Positions 51,537 to 60,874 of a DNA stretch of 64,000 bases are shown here, one piece after another (positions within the stretch are counted from its first letter, which is position 1; the number at the start of each line of letters is the position of its first letter). The stretch is from Candidatus Nanohaloarchaea archaeon. GTDB taxonomy: Archaea > Nanohalarchaeota > Nanosalinia > Nanosalinales > Nanosalinaceae. The position numbers and the translations under genes were made by a program. The notes beneath the pieces are model-generated. The model was given only the letters and a program-made list of their open reading frames with translations. It was not told the DNA's origin and did not search any database. The stretch spans positions 608,001 through 672,000 of the forward strand of contig CP046106.1 of assembly GCA_013343275.1 (NCBI GenBank), read 5' to 3'.

Positions 51537-51851
51537 ATGGAACTAGTTTACGCAGCACTGGCACTACACGAAGCTGGAAAAGAAGTTAACGAAGACAATC
51601 TACAGGACATTGTAGATGCAGCAGGTCTTGACATCGAAGATACTGAGATCAAGGCTCTAGTTGCAGCACTGGAAGACGTCGACATTGAAGAGGCAATGGA
51701 GACAGCTGTCGCTACAGGCGCAGCACCAGCAGCATCAGAATCCGCAGAAGAAGGCGGAGAAGAAGCAGCTGAAGAAGAGGAAGAGGAAGCCGAAGAAGAG
51801 GACGAATCTTCCGAAGAGGAAGCTGCTGAAGGCCTAGGATCAATGTTCTAA
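51537..51851 (+). CDS. rpl12: 50S ribosomal stalk protein P1 (L12)
   Basis: [11 protein letters not shown] start and [10 protein letters not shown]-terminus. Confidence 0.97.
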   Translation: MELVYAALALHEAGKEVNEDNLQDIVDAAGLDIEDTEIKALVAALEDVDIEEAMETAVATGAAPAASESAEEGGEEAAEEEEEEAEEEDESSEEEAAEGLGSMF

Positions 51852-51908
51852 AGGCCTTTCAGGCCTACCATTTCTTTTTTATTAATTTAACGCATATCTC
51901 TTTCTACA

Positions 51909-52679
51909 ATGAAGCTAGATATTACAGACACAGTTCTGTCCAGCTTCGAACGAATTTACTCCAAAGCCACGCTAGGCGTTATAGGTGCAGGCCTCGCACT
52001 GCTCGTATTTCTTGCAGCAGGATTTATGCTAGGCGGTGCACTATCGACTGTCAGCGGAGTTCTTGGAGGACTTGTAATGCTATTAACATTTGTCGCATAC
52101 ATTGCAGGAGCAGGAATGCTCACCGTAGGCGCGTTAAGGGCCTTCGATGAAGAAACAATCCGCAAGGAAATGTTCACAGAAAACATTCTGTGGCCTTTCC
52201 TCAGAATTCTAGGAGCGAACATCACGACGCAGGCATTCATCATTGCAATCCTGTACGTCGTCCTTTACCCACTACTGCTTGTAGGCATGATGGGATCAGT
52301 GGCGTCTATGAGTACCGCAATGACCGGAGCCGCAGCAACATCCATGATGGCAGGCCTTGCGCCTCTGATGGGTGTCGGAGCACTAATCGCTCTACTGCTT
52401 TCGCTCTACGTATTCGCAAGTCTGGTGCTTGCACTGCCAAGAATCGCAGTTAACGACAGCAGGCTTTTCCAGGGACTGGACGAAAGCGTGCAGTTCACCA
52501 GCGGAAACAGACTCAGAGTAATGGTCTCATTCATCCCATTTGTCCTGCTCATGGCTGTAGCATTCGGAGGCATGTTCCAGGAAGGAGTGATCGGAATGAT
52601 CATCTACCTCCTGGGAGCCCTTATCGGAGCCTTCTACAACCTGGCACTGATGACAGAACTGAACGAAAGACTTGAGTAA
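51909..52679 (+). CDS. multi-pass membrane protein
   Basis: About six hydrophobic helices. Confidence 0.85.
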   Translation: MKLDITDTVLSSFERIYSKATLGVIGAGLALLVFLAAGFMLGGALSTVSGVLGGLVMLLTFVAYIAGAGMLTVGALRAFDEETIRKEMFTENILWPFLRILGANITTQAFIIAILYVVLYPLLLVGMMGSVASMSTAMTGAAATSMMAGLAPLMGVGALIALLLSLYVFASLVLALPRIAVNDSRLFQGLDESVQFTSGNRLRVMVSFIPFVLLMAVAFGGMFQEGVIGMIIYLLGALIGAFYNLALMTELNERLE

Positions 52680-52753
52680 AGACCTTTCTTCCTTTCTTCT
52701 TTCTTTTTTTCTTCTCACAGCAGATAAAAAAATTCTCGAACAAACCCTGCTGT

Positions 52754-55546
52754 ATGAAAGGCCTCGACGAACTCAAAGAAGAAATCAAACAGGAAGCATC
52801 CGACAATCCCGAGAAATTCTTCGCAACAGACGTACTGAGAGAAAAAGGATTCACTCGAGGCCAATGCTCTAACTGTGGAATGTATTTCTGGGCCAAAGAT
52901 GAAGATAGAGAGATCTGCGGCGAACCGGAATGTGGCGACGGATACACATTCATCAACGACTCCCCAACATCAGAGACGCTGACACATACCGAATCCTGGG
53001 AGCTATTCGAGGAGTTCATGGTCGATCGCGGATACAGGTCAATCGACAGATACCCGGTAGTGGCCCGCTGGAGAGACGACGTAGAATTCACAGGCGCGAG
53101 CATTTACTGCTTCCAGCCCTACGTCGTAAGCGGAGAAGCAGAACCACCAGCAGATGAATTAATCATACCTCAGCCAAGTCTGAGATTCAACGACGTCGAC
53201 AACGTCGGAATAACCGGAAGACACTACACCAACTTCACGATGATCGGTCAGACGTGCTTCAAGGAAGGCGACGAATACGATCAGGACCGTTACTTCCGTG
53301 ACATGTTCGAATTTACGGTAGAAGGCCTTGGAATACCTGAAGAAAAACTTATACTGCACGAAGACAGCTGGGGCGGAGGAGGAAACCTGGGAGCATGCAT
53401 GGAGTTCTTCGTCGACGGCCTCGAGCTGTTTAACCAGGTCTACATGTTCTACGAGCAAACTCCAGACGGCTACGAAGAGCTAGACCTCAAAGTACTGGAC
53501 ATGGGAATGGGCCACGAAAGAATCACCTGGATCAGCAACGGCACAGAAACAAGCTACGAATCAGTCATGCCGGAAACACTGAAGAAGATGAAAGAGAAAA
53601 CAGGCCTGAAAATAGATCAGGAAGTATGGGGGAAATTCCTGCCGCACAGCTCCGAACTCAACATCGATGAGGTAGAGGATATCGACGAAAAATGGAGTGA
53701 GATAGCAGATAAAATAGATGAAGACGTTGACGAACTTAAGGCCGAGATTAAGCCAGCAGCAGGCCTCTACTCGGTAGCAGAACACACCAGAGCACTTATT
53801 TTCGCGCTGGCTGATGGAAAGATTCCTTCAAACACTGGAGGAGGCTACAACCTGAGAATGATCTACAGAAGGGCTCAGGACTTCATCGAGAAGTACGACT
53901 GGGATCTCGACATGGTTGAAGTCGCCAGATGGAACGCAGAAGAACTTGAGGATATGTTCCCAGAGCTCCTGGCCTCAATGAACGAGATAGAGGAAATTCT
54001 CAGAGTGGAGAAAGAAAAATACGAGAAGGCACGGGAAAAAGCCCGCGAACAGCTGGAAAAAGTCGAAGGTCAGCCATCTCTAGACGAAATGATCGAACTT
54101 TACGAAAGCCACGGAGTCTCTCCAGAGATGATGGAGGAGTACGGCCTCGACGTGCCGGAAGACTTCTACACACTGGTAAGCGAGGAAGATGAGACAGTGA
54201 CGGCTGTTGAAGAAAAATTCGATGTTGAAGGCCTTCCAGATACAGAGAAACTTTACTACGAACGACGTGAACCTTATCGGCAGAACGGAGAAACCCGGCA
54301 TTTCAATTTCAAGGCCGAAGTTGTCGATATAGTTGACGAGGAATGGGTTGTCCTTGACAGAACCATGTTCTATCCTCAGGGCGGAGGCCAGCGGTACGAT
54401 GTCGGAAAGATTAACGGCCATCAGGTAGAGGAAGTTCAGAAACAGGGCAACGTGGTACTCCATCGAACGCCAGAGCACGAACTTGAAGAAGGGAAGCGTG
54501 TGAAAGGTGTCGTCAATGGTGAGAAAAGGAAACAGTTGACCCAGCACCACTCCACAACCCACATGGTTAACGCTGCAGCACGTGAAGAGCTCGGCGAACA
54601 TATCTACCAGGCCGGCGCCAACAAGACACTGGAAAAAGCCAGGCTTGATATCACACATTACGAGAAACTTTCACGAGAAGACCTGGACGAAATCGAGGCC
54701 CGCGTCAGAAAGATAATCAACGAAGACCACGATATCAACGTAATTGAGATGCCGAAAAGCGAGGCCGAACAGCAGTACGGCTTCAGAATCTACCAGGGAG
54801 GCGCACCACCAGGCAACACGATCAGGCTCATAGAAATCGAGGACGTCGATATCGAGGCCTGTGGGGGAACACACCTGACAGCGACTTCTCATGCTGAAAA
54901 GTTCTTCATCAAGGGCTCGAAGAGGATTCAGGACGGCGTCATCCGACTGGAATATGTGGCTGGAGAGGCCGCAGAAGAATACATCAACGCGATTGAGGAG
55001 AGAGTAGAGAAAGTAGAGGAACTTCTCGATACGGAGTCGAAGTCGAGGCCTAGAACAGTACAGAGAGAACTCTGTAACATCCTTTCAGTTCAGCCAGAAC
55101 ATCTTGAAGACACTGTACAGAGATTTATTGATGAGATAGAAGATTACAGGCAGAAAATTGAGAAGCTATCCAAATTCCTCGACACTGAGGCAGAGAAAGC
55201 AGAGATAGAGGAGAAAAATACTGTTGAGAAGGCCCGAAAACTCTACGAACTGAGGAAAGACTTGGAGAAGAAAGTTGAGAACCTTGAAGACCAGATAGAG
55301 AACGTTATAGAGGAAGAACTTGAAGATCAACAGGAAATAGAGCTCGAGGTACCAACTGAGAATGTAGGCCTTCTTATTCAGGTTGCTCAGAAACTCTCGC
55401 GGAAGCATCAGGCCTGCGTCACTTTGATCGGTGAGAAAGGTGCTGTTTCTGCGTCTCAGACAGATGAAAGTGCGGAAGAAAAATTAGAGAAGTACTCGGA
55501 GAACGTGCAGGGGGACTCCGAGTTTGCGAAGGCCTTCGATCTCTAG
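52754..55546 (+). CDS. alaS: alanyl-tRNA synthetase (archaeal type)
   Basis: ARWRDD..ASIYCFQP, DNVGITGRH; editing motifs HSTTH and ACGGTH. Confidence 0.97.
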   Translation: MKGLDELKEEIKQEASDNPEKFFATDVLREKGFTRGQCSNCGMYFWAKDEDREICGEPECGDGYTFINDSPTSETLTHTESWELFEEFMVDRGYRSIDRYPVVARWRDDVEFTGASIYCFQPYVVSGEAEPPADELIIPQPSLRFNDVDNVGITGRHYTNFTMIGQTCFKEGDEYDQDRYFRDMFEFTVEGLGIPEEKLILHEDSWGGGGNLGACMEFFVDGLELFNQVYMFYEQTPDGYEELDLKVLDMGMGHERITWISNGTETSYESVMPETLKKMKEKTGLKIDQEVWGKFLPHSSELNIDEVEDIDEKWSEIADKIDEDVDELKAEIKPAAGLYSVAEHTRALIFALADGKIPSNTGGGYNLRMIYRRAQDFIEKYDWDLDMVEVARWNAEELEDMFPELLASMNEIEEILRVEKEKYEKAREKAREQLEKVEGQPSLDEMIELYESHGVSPEMMEEYGLDVPEDFYTLVSEEDETVTAVEEKFDVEGLPDTEKLYYERREPYRQNGETRHFNFKAEVVDIVDEEWVVLDRTMFYPQGGGQRYDVGKINGHQVEEVQKQGNVVLHRTPEHELEEGKRVKGVVNGEKRKQLTQHHSTTHMVNAAAREELGEHIYQAGANKTLEKARLDITHYEKLSREDLDEIEARVRKIINEDHDINVIEMPKSEAEQQYGFRIYQGGAPPGNTIRLIEIEDVDIEACGGTHLTATSHAEKFFIKGSKRIQDGVIRLEYVAGEAAEEYINAIEERVEKVEELLDTESKSRPRTVQRELCNILSVQPEHLEDTVQRFIDEIEDYRQKIEKLSKFLDTEAEKAEIEEKNTVEKARKLYELRKDLEKKVENLEDQIENVIEEELEDQQEIELEVPTENVGLLIQVAQKLSRKHQACVTLIGEKGAVSASQTDESAEEKLEKYSENVQGDSEFAKAFDL

Positions 55547-56070
55547 CCGAAGCAGTAGACGACTGCTGAATCCGGTAGCTGTCTGATGTAGCTGCAGGTG
55601 GAGGATGCAACGTTCTGTTCGGTTATGTTGTAGATTACGCTCTGCTGAGGTACAGCTCTCCTGTTCCGGACTACTGCCCCTACTACATGTACGGCCGGGG
55701 TTTTCTCAAGCTGTGTCTGGGCAGGTATATTACTTGTGTTGACGTAGTTCAGGTACATCTTGTCTCCAAAGTTGTTCTGAACTGTTTTTACTGCTTCAAG
55801 CTGCTGGCGGCCTTCCGAAGTGTTGTAGTATCCTGTAACAAAGACCACGTCGTTCACCGCAGCAAGATAGCTTTTCTCACGCGTAGTGAGACCTAAAGAT
55901 CCCCGGGAGAAGGTCTGGTTAGGTAGTTCAGGTGCCTGCTGCTGTTGATTATTGTTTGTTCCTCCGCCTCCACCGGTAAGGCCGGAGTATGATGCGATTC
56001 CTCCGAAAGCGAATCCGCCGCCGATAAGTATTGCTATAATTGCTGTACCGTATTTCTCTACGAATCCCAT
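55543..56070 (-). CDS. membrane-anchored hypothetical protein
   Basis: N-terminal TM helix, G/N/Q linker, non-acidic extracellular domain with two Cys. Confidence 0.75.
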   Translation of the reverse strand: MGFVEKYGTAIIAILIGGGFAFGGIASYSGLTGGGGGTNNNQQQQAPELPNQTFSRGSLGLTTREKSYLAAVNDVVFVTGYYNTSEGRQQLEAVKTVQNNFGDKMYLNYVNTSNIPAQTQLEKTPAVHVVGAVVRNRRAVPQQSVIYNITEQNVASSTCSYIRQLPDSAVVYCFG

Positions 56071-56123
56071 GTCTAGGTATTGTTCGGAAACAAATAAAGG
56101 ACTTGCCGGTCCACAATCCATAC

Positions 56124-56519
56124 ATGATAGTAGGATTCAACGTCACGGAGCTCGAAGCTTCACAGGAGGAAAACGTACAGGGAGATCTTCAGATCAATTA
56201 CACCCCGGAAATAGAAGATGTGGAGACGGCAGATGTCAACGCATTCGAAGAACCGGTAGCTAAAATCTACTACAGCTTCACAGTAGACTACGATGCAAAC
56301 GGCCAGACAGGCGCACAGATCAAGCTCTCAGGAAACGTACTCTGGAAAGGAAACACAGAAGAAATAGTAAAGGCCTGGGAAGACGACAACAGGCTGCCGG
56401 AAAGCATCAACGCACCTCTGATGAACGACATGTACAGAAAACTGATCTCAGAGGCCGTAGGAGTAGCAGACACGCTGAACCTTCTGCCACCGGTACCTAC
56501 ACCACAGGTAGAACAGTAA
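56124..56519 (+). CDS. conserved archaeal protein, possibly SecB-like fold
   Basis: MIVGFN start, four beta strands then a helix, C-terminal LLPPVPTP. Confidence 0.7.
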   Translation: MIVGFNVTELEASQEENVQGDLQINYTPEIEDVETADVNAFEEPVAKIYYSFTVDYDANGQTGAQIKLSGNVLWKGNTEEIVKAWEDDNRLPESINAPLMNDMYRKLISEAVGVADTLNLLPPVPTPQVEQ

Positions 56520-56520
56520 A

Positions 56521-56730
56521 CTATCTCTTCACACCAATTAAACGGTGCTTGCGCCCCATAAAGGCCTTTGTATACGTCTCGATCTTTCCTTTTTTCTCCA
56601 GCGAGTTCAGACACCGATGTACATCATTTTCAGGCCATCCCAGTTCCTGCGAGAGAACCGTGGCCGAAGGTTTACGGCCGTTGTCGATCATACTCTGGGC
56701 CTGTTCAAGTACTTTTTCTCCACGCCTCAT
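56521..56730 (-). CDS. small winged-HTH protein
   Basis: SATVLSQELGWPENDVHRCLNSLEKKGKI. Confidence 0.75.
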   Translation of the reverse strand: MRRGEKVLEQAQSMIDNGRKPSATVLSQELGWPENDVHRCLNSLEKKGKIETYTKAFMGRKHRLIGVKR

Positions 56731-56767
56731 ACACAGCTTTAAACTCTGGAGGCGTTAAAATGTTACT

Positions 56768-56962
56768 ATGACGGATTACGAGGACGCCTTGAATGAACTG
56801 GAGACTGAGGTCGAGCAGGTCGAGGACGAGTTCTCCGAGATAGAGAGCAATAGCGATGAGAAAAGCGACAAGGAAGTTCAGGCCGAAAACCTGCTGAACG
56901 AGATACACGAACAGATAGAGTTCCTTGAAGAACAGATGGAGAGAATTGAGGAAAAAGATTAA
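56768..56962 (+). CDS. small acidic coiled-coil protein
   Basis: TTTAAA about 28 nt upstream of the ATG; heptad pattern. Confidence 0.7.
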   Translation: MTDYEDALNELETEVEQVEDEFSEIESNSDEKSDKEVQAENLLNEIHEQIEFLEEQMERIEEKD

Positions 56963-57004
56963 ATATTTTTATCGACATCAACAAAAATGAGGTGCTTGAA
57001 ACAA

Positions 57005-57433
57005 ATGAGAAGACTTGACCGTGAGGACGATATCGACGATGTATTCAGCCAGATGCAAAAATTCGTAGAACAGTTCCAGGACTTCGGAAAGGACATGACC
57101 TCTAGCTTCACAGGCGCAGTACCTGTAGACGTGACAGAGGAAGACGGACACATCACAGTGAAAGCTGATCTACCAGGAGTAGAAAAAGAAGAGATCAATG
57201 TAAAGGCCGACGAGGAAAAGATCGAGATCATGGCCGAAAGCTCACAGGAAGTAAAAGAGGAGAACGAGAAATACTACCGAAAAGAGAGATCCTCCAGAAC
57301 ATTCCAGAGAACCGTCGCCTGGCCTAAACCTGTCGACCCGGAAACAGTCGGGGCAGAGTACGAGGACGGAGTCCTCAAAGTCACTGCAGAAGTCAGCGAA
57401 GAGGAATCAGGCCGCGATATCGAGGTAGAGTAA
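57005..57433 (+). CDS. hsp20: small heat shock protein Hsp20
   Basis: ADLPGVEKEEI and AEYEDGVLKV motifs. Confidence 0.94.
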   Translation: MRRLDREDDIDDVFSQMQKFVEQFQDFGKDMTSSFTGAVPVDVTEEDGHITVKADLPGVEKEEINVKADEEKIEIMAESSQEVKEENEKYYRKERSSRTFQRTVAWPKPVDPETVGAEYEDGVLKVTAEVSEEESGRDIEVE

Positions 57434-57539
57434 ACTTTTTCCTCTACCGACAACTTTTTCAATTTCTCCTCCCTGTTTTTCATTAGATGGTAGGGCCGGA
57501 CAGTGTAAGGACGCCAGAAAACCAGTTTACTGAAACAGG

Positions 57540-58622
57540 GTGTTCTATCTGAGCGCCAGTTCAGGCCCCGAATACCTCCCTGACGACTTCGATATCCCCG
57601 ATAACTACAACATTCTGCAGATTTCTGAAATACACGCATTCGAGGAGTTCAACGAGGCGGAAAGCGAGAACTACAGCCAGGAAGTAGCCCGCCAGGTCAA
57701 CAGCTACACCGAAAAATATGACGTCGACGAAATCCATGTAATGGGCGACACAGGAACCTTCGACGACGTATACAACTTCCTGGATACCCTGAACCCGGGG
57801 CCCGAAGTTGTAATCGTGGCTGGAGATGAAGACAAGAAAGACGCAAATCCAGGCCCAGGAGAAAAGTCAGACGAATTCACAGGATTCTACACCCAGATCA
57901 ACAGCCTACAGCCCTTCGATGTCGATGTAGACTACCAGATATTCGACGAAGGATTCGAAAAAGAAGTAGCGGGCAACAAAGTGCAGGCAGCACACCATCC
58001 GAGAAAATCCAAGAGAGAAAACTCTCTCAACCGGCCCGACCCAAGGCCTGACAGCTTCCTGGATGATCTTTTCTCCGTTGAGAAACACACAAACGAGAAA
58101 ACAGCAGAATGCATGATATACGAAGCTGAAAACAACAAAAAACATTTCCCGAAAAGCGGGCCTGATGAAGGAAACCCAGAATTGCGGGAAAACGACATGG
58201 TTAAAAGCCCTCCAAGCCTCAAAGGCCTTGACGTAGTTGTATACGACCACCTGCACATGCCATACGCAAGAACCGCTGGCAACACAGTTGTCATGGGTCT
58301 AGGCGGTCGTAAAAACAACCACGATCCTGGAACAGAGGCCTTACCTAGTGAAAGCATGCATCTTGCAAGCTTCGGGGATGAAAGAATTCATTCAATGCAT
58401 TTCGACGCAGGAAAGGACCGCATATTCGAGCACCAGGTTTTCGAGCAGTCAGAGACTGATGTCCAGATGTACGACGTGGAGATCCCTGAAGAGTTAAACT
58501 CTGAAGGCGGTTACAGGCCTGTACAGAAAAGATTTCGACGGGAAAAGATTCCTGAAGAGGCCTGGGAGTTTGAGGAAGACCTACCAGAGAAATGGACTGA
58601 AGAAGTCAGGCCTGCTGCCTGA
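57540..58622 (+). CDS. divergent metallophosphoesterase-like protein
   Basis: ISEIH, MGD, AGDED, AHH and DHLH in calcineurin-like motif order; start uncertain. Confidence 0.65.
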   Translation: MFYLSASSGPEYLPDDFDIPDNYNILQISEIHAFEEFNEAESENYSQEVARQVNSYTEKYDVDEIHVMGDTGTFDDVYNFLDTLNPGPEVVIVAGDEDKKDANPGPGEKSDEFTGFYTQINSLQPFDVDVDYQIFDEGFEKEVAGNKVQAAHHPRKSKRENSLNRPDPRPDSFLDDLFSVEKHTNEKTAECMIYEAENNKKHFPKSGPDEGNPELRENDMVKSPPSLKGLDVVVYDHLHMPYARTAGNTVVMGLGGRKNNHDPGTEALPSESMHLASFGDERIHSMHFDAGKDRIFEHQVFEQSETDVQMYDVEIPEELNSEGGYRPVQKRFRREKIPEEAWEFEEDLPEKWTEEVRPAA

Positions 58623-58662
58623 AAAAGTACAAAAATAGCGGCCTAACAGTTTTTTACATAGA

Positions 58663-59178
58663 ATGAGCAACTACTTCACCCAGTCTCCAGAACAACTGAA
58701 AGAATTTCTTGAATTTATAGAAGACGACATCGACAACGTGAGAAGGGTAATAGATACAGTTGAAGAAAAAGGCCTTGACGCAGATTTCATGGTTCATGCC
58801 AAGAGCGAGACTGTAGAGGAGTCAGCAGAAAACACAGATATTGACGAGAAAGAGATTGTCAAGACCCTGGTATTCATGGCCGATGAACCTGTGGCTGTGC
58901 TCTGCCCGGGCCATACATCAGTATCTGAAACAAAATTAGAGAGTATTCTAGAAGCAGAGATCAGGATGGCTTCGCCGGAAGAAGTTACAGAGGCCACAGG
59001 ATACTATGTCGGCGGAGTATCTCCTTTCGATCTTGATATACCTGTTTTGATGGAGGAATCGATTCTTGAACAGGAGAAAGTTAAGCCAGCGGCAGGATCG
59101 CGTGTAGTAGGAGTAACAATCAATACCGAAGATCTGAAAGAAGTTACCGGTGCAGAAGTAGTTGATGTATCGCGGTAA
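58663..59178 (+). CDS. YbaK/ProX family aminoacyl-tRNA deacylase
   Basis: IVKTLVF, TGYYVGGVSPF and AAG motifs. Confidence 0.92.
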   Translation: MSNYFTQSPEQLKEFLEFIEDDIDNVRRVIDTVEEKGLDADFMVHAKSETVEESAENTDIDEKEIVKTLVFMADEPVAVLCPGHTSVSETKLESILEAEIRMASPEEVTEATGYYVGGVSPFDLDIPVLMEESILEQEKVKPAAGSRVVGVTINTEDLKEVTGAEVVDVSR

Positions 59179-60120
59179 TCAGAAAACCTTCTCTCCTTCC
59201 ATTTCAGGCCTTTCGCCTTCAATCAGCTCCGATATATCATCACGGAAGAAAAACTCGTTGAGAACTTCCAGATCATCTGAATTCTCGGCCTTCCTGATCC
59301 CTTCATCTGATCCAAGAATATATCCCGGATCCTGGCTGTACTGAGGTGGTAGCGCGTACTCAGGATTTGACGAAAGCCGTTCTACATCAAGAACTTCGGA
59401 ACCGAAAACAAACTCCGGTTCATATACACTCCAGTCATTTCCAAGCTCATCTACAACGCTCTGCCAGGCCTTTCTCCAGCTAGATGTCTTCTTAACGAGC
59501 GAGCCTCCGCCACGATTATCAGCAGTATCCTGGGCATTAGACTGATCGAAACCTCTTCTTTCAGGCTCAGCGTCCAGAAGCTGGTGTTCTTCCATCTCTT
59601 CCTCTTCAATGAAGAAACGGGCTTCGGCCGGATACTCCTCCTCTATTTCGCTCCATTCTGCAGGATCAGGATCCGAGAACTCTCCACGGTTTTTTACATC
59701 TGTATAGCCTTCATGAGGTTTAACCTCTACCATGTGGGCCTCGTAACGATCCAGATCCAGGAAAAGAAGGTCGGCATCTCCCATCAAAGTTTCATGCTCG
59801 GAAGCTGACATATCTCCCGGGTTCTCATGGAAATCTCTCTCGGTAAGCACCAGATCCCATTTATTGCTGCCGCGATCGATATTTTCAGCGTAACGATCTA
59901 ATCGGCCGTCAACCAGCAGGTCGTGGCGATCCTGAGATTCCCGTGGATCAGAACGCAAAATACCTTCGACATAGGTACCTTCCTCTATCCTGACACCAGG
60001 CTGAGAAACTACTTCCGGAGTCCATGGACGGCCCTGACTAGCATTTTCAAGAACAACGGCGTGCGCATCCTCTGTAATATCATATCTATCTAATGCCTGC
60101 GCCGCATCAAGATCTCCCAT
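59179..60120 (-). CDS. hypothetical protein with PD-(D/E)xK nuclease-like motif
   Basis: GDADLLF...HMVEVK. Confidence 0.65.
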   Translation of the reverse strand: MGDLDAAQALDRYDITEDAHAVVLENASQGRPWTPEVVSQPGVRIEEGTYVEGILRSDPRESQDRHDLLVDGRLDRYAENIDRGSNKWDLVLTERDFHENPGDMSASEHETLMGDADLLFLDLDRYEAHMVEVKPHEGYTDVKNRGEFSDPDPAEWSEIEEEYPAEARFFIEEEEMEEHQLLDAEPERRGFDQSNAQDTADNRGGGSLVKKTSSWRKAWQSVVDELGNDWSVYEPEFVFGSEVLDVERLSSNPEYALPPQYSQDPGYILGSDEGIRKAENSDDLEVLNEFFFRDDISELIEGERPEMEGEKVF

Positions 60121-60158
60121 CTAAAGAAAAATCACACAGTACAAGATTAAAAATATTT

Positions 60159-60647
60159 CTACAGCTCCGACAGCACATCAGAACCTACCATATCTACAAA
60201 GTCCTCATAGGCCTCATCTCGGGCAAAATCCTGATGCTCAGGCCAGTAAACCGTGCCTGCAAGAAGAGAGTTTTCAGGCCTCTCCAACTCCCTGGTATTA
60301 TCGTAGGGAATCGTGGCCAACTCATAACCCCAGTCATTATCCAGTTCCTGAATTATACCGGAAACTTTACGGCCTTCAGAGAACTCTGCACCCGGATCAA
60401 AATCCGTGGAGGCCGGCGAAAAATCAACGTCGTAAATGCGGAGGTAACAGTTCTCCAGGTCAAAATTAGCCATATCTACCTTAACTCCGGGCCTCTTCCC
60501 GAGATCGAAACCCTCTACATCTTCGGTTTCAGCGTTATACTCTCCTCTAACCAGAATATCGAAAGGCCTGTCGCTACCAACTTCGCTCATCCTTTCACGG
60601 GTAATTCTATCCCAGAACAGCTCTTTATGAGAGATATCGTTCGACAC
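60159..60647 (-). CDS. hypothetical acidic protein
   Basis: Open acidic frame; GTG start. Confidence 0.65.
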   Translation of the reverse strand: MSNDISHKELFWDRITRERMSEVGSDRPFDILVRGEYNAETEDVEGFDLGKRPGVKVDMANFDLENCYLRIYDVDFSPASTDFDPGAEFSEGRKVSGIIQELDNDWGYELATIPYDNTRELERPENSLLAGTVYWPEHQDFARDEAYEDFVDMVGSDVLSEL

Positions 60648-60752
60648 AGAAAGTTAAATGACTGGCAAAATATTTACAGTAACGCCCTACTGTTGAGATT
60701 GACTGCAGCATTCAAAACCTCCGACAGTAAGAATTTAACAGTTAAGCACGAA

Positions 60753-60819
60753 GACTTCTCTGTTCCAATGAAAGGTGGACGCTTTTATCCACGAGAAGTT
60801 TGAAAACGCCGTAAAACCT
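60753..60819 (+). promoter_or_regulatory. tyrS leader element with uORF MKGGRFYPREV (60768-60803)
   Basis: Shares a 16-nt core and a downstream TAAAACCT with the serS leader; enclosed by an inverted repeat. Confidence 0.6.
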
Positions 60820-60874
60820 TCCAGCCACAGCTCTTTAAGCGTTCTCTCACAAATTCTTCGTAGGTAGATACTAA

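Noticed and set aside
52754-52762. alaS begins ATGAAAGG like the aaRS leader core
   Set aside because: Only 8 nt match, it is the CDS start itself, and the pilin genes also begin MKG.
60093-60803. 236-aa plus-strand ORF
   Set aside because: Antisense shadow of 60159-60647 with non-acidic composition; only its last 11 codons (the uORF) look meaningful.
60753-60819. Canonical T-box riboswitch call
   Set aside because: No Stem I, GA or AG motifs, no ACC-GCG, and the candidate codon is too close to UGG; kept only as an analogy.
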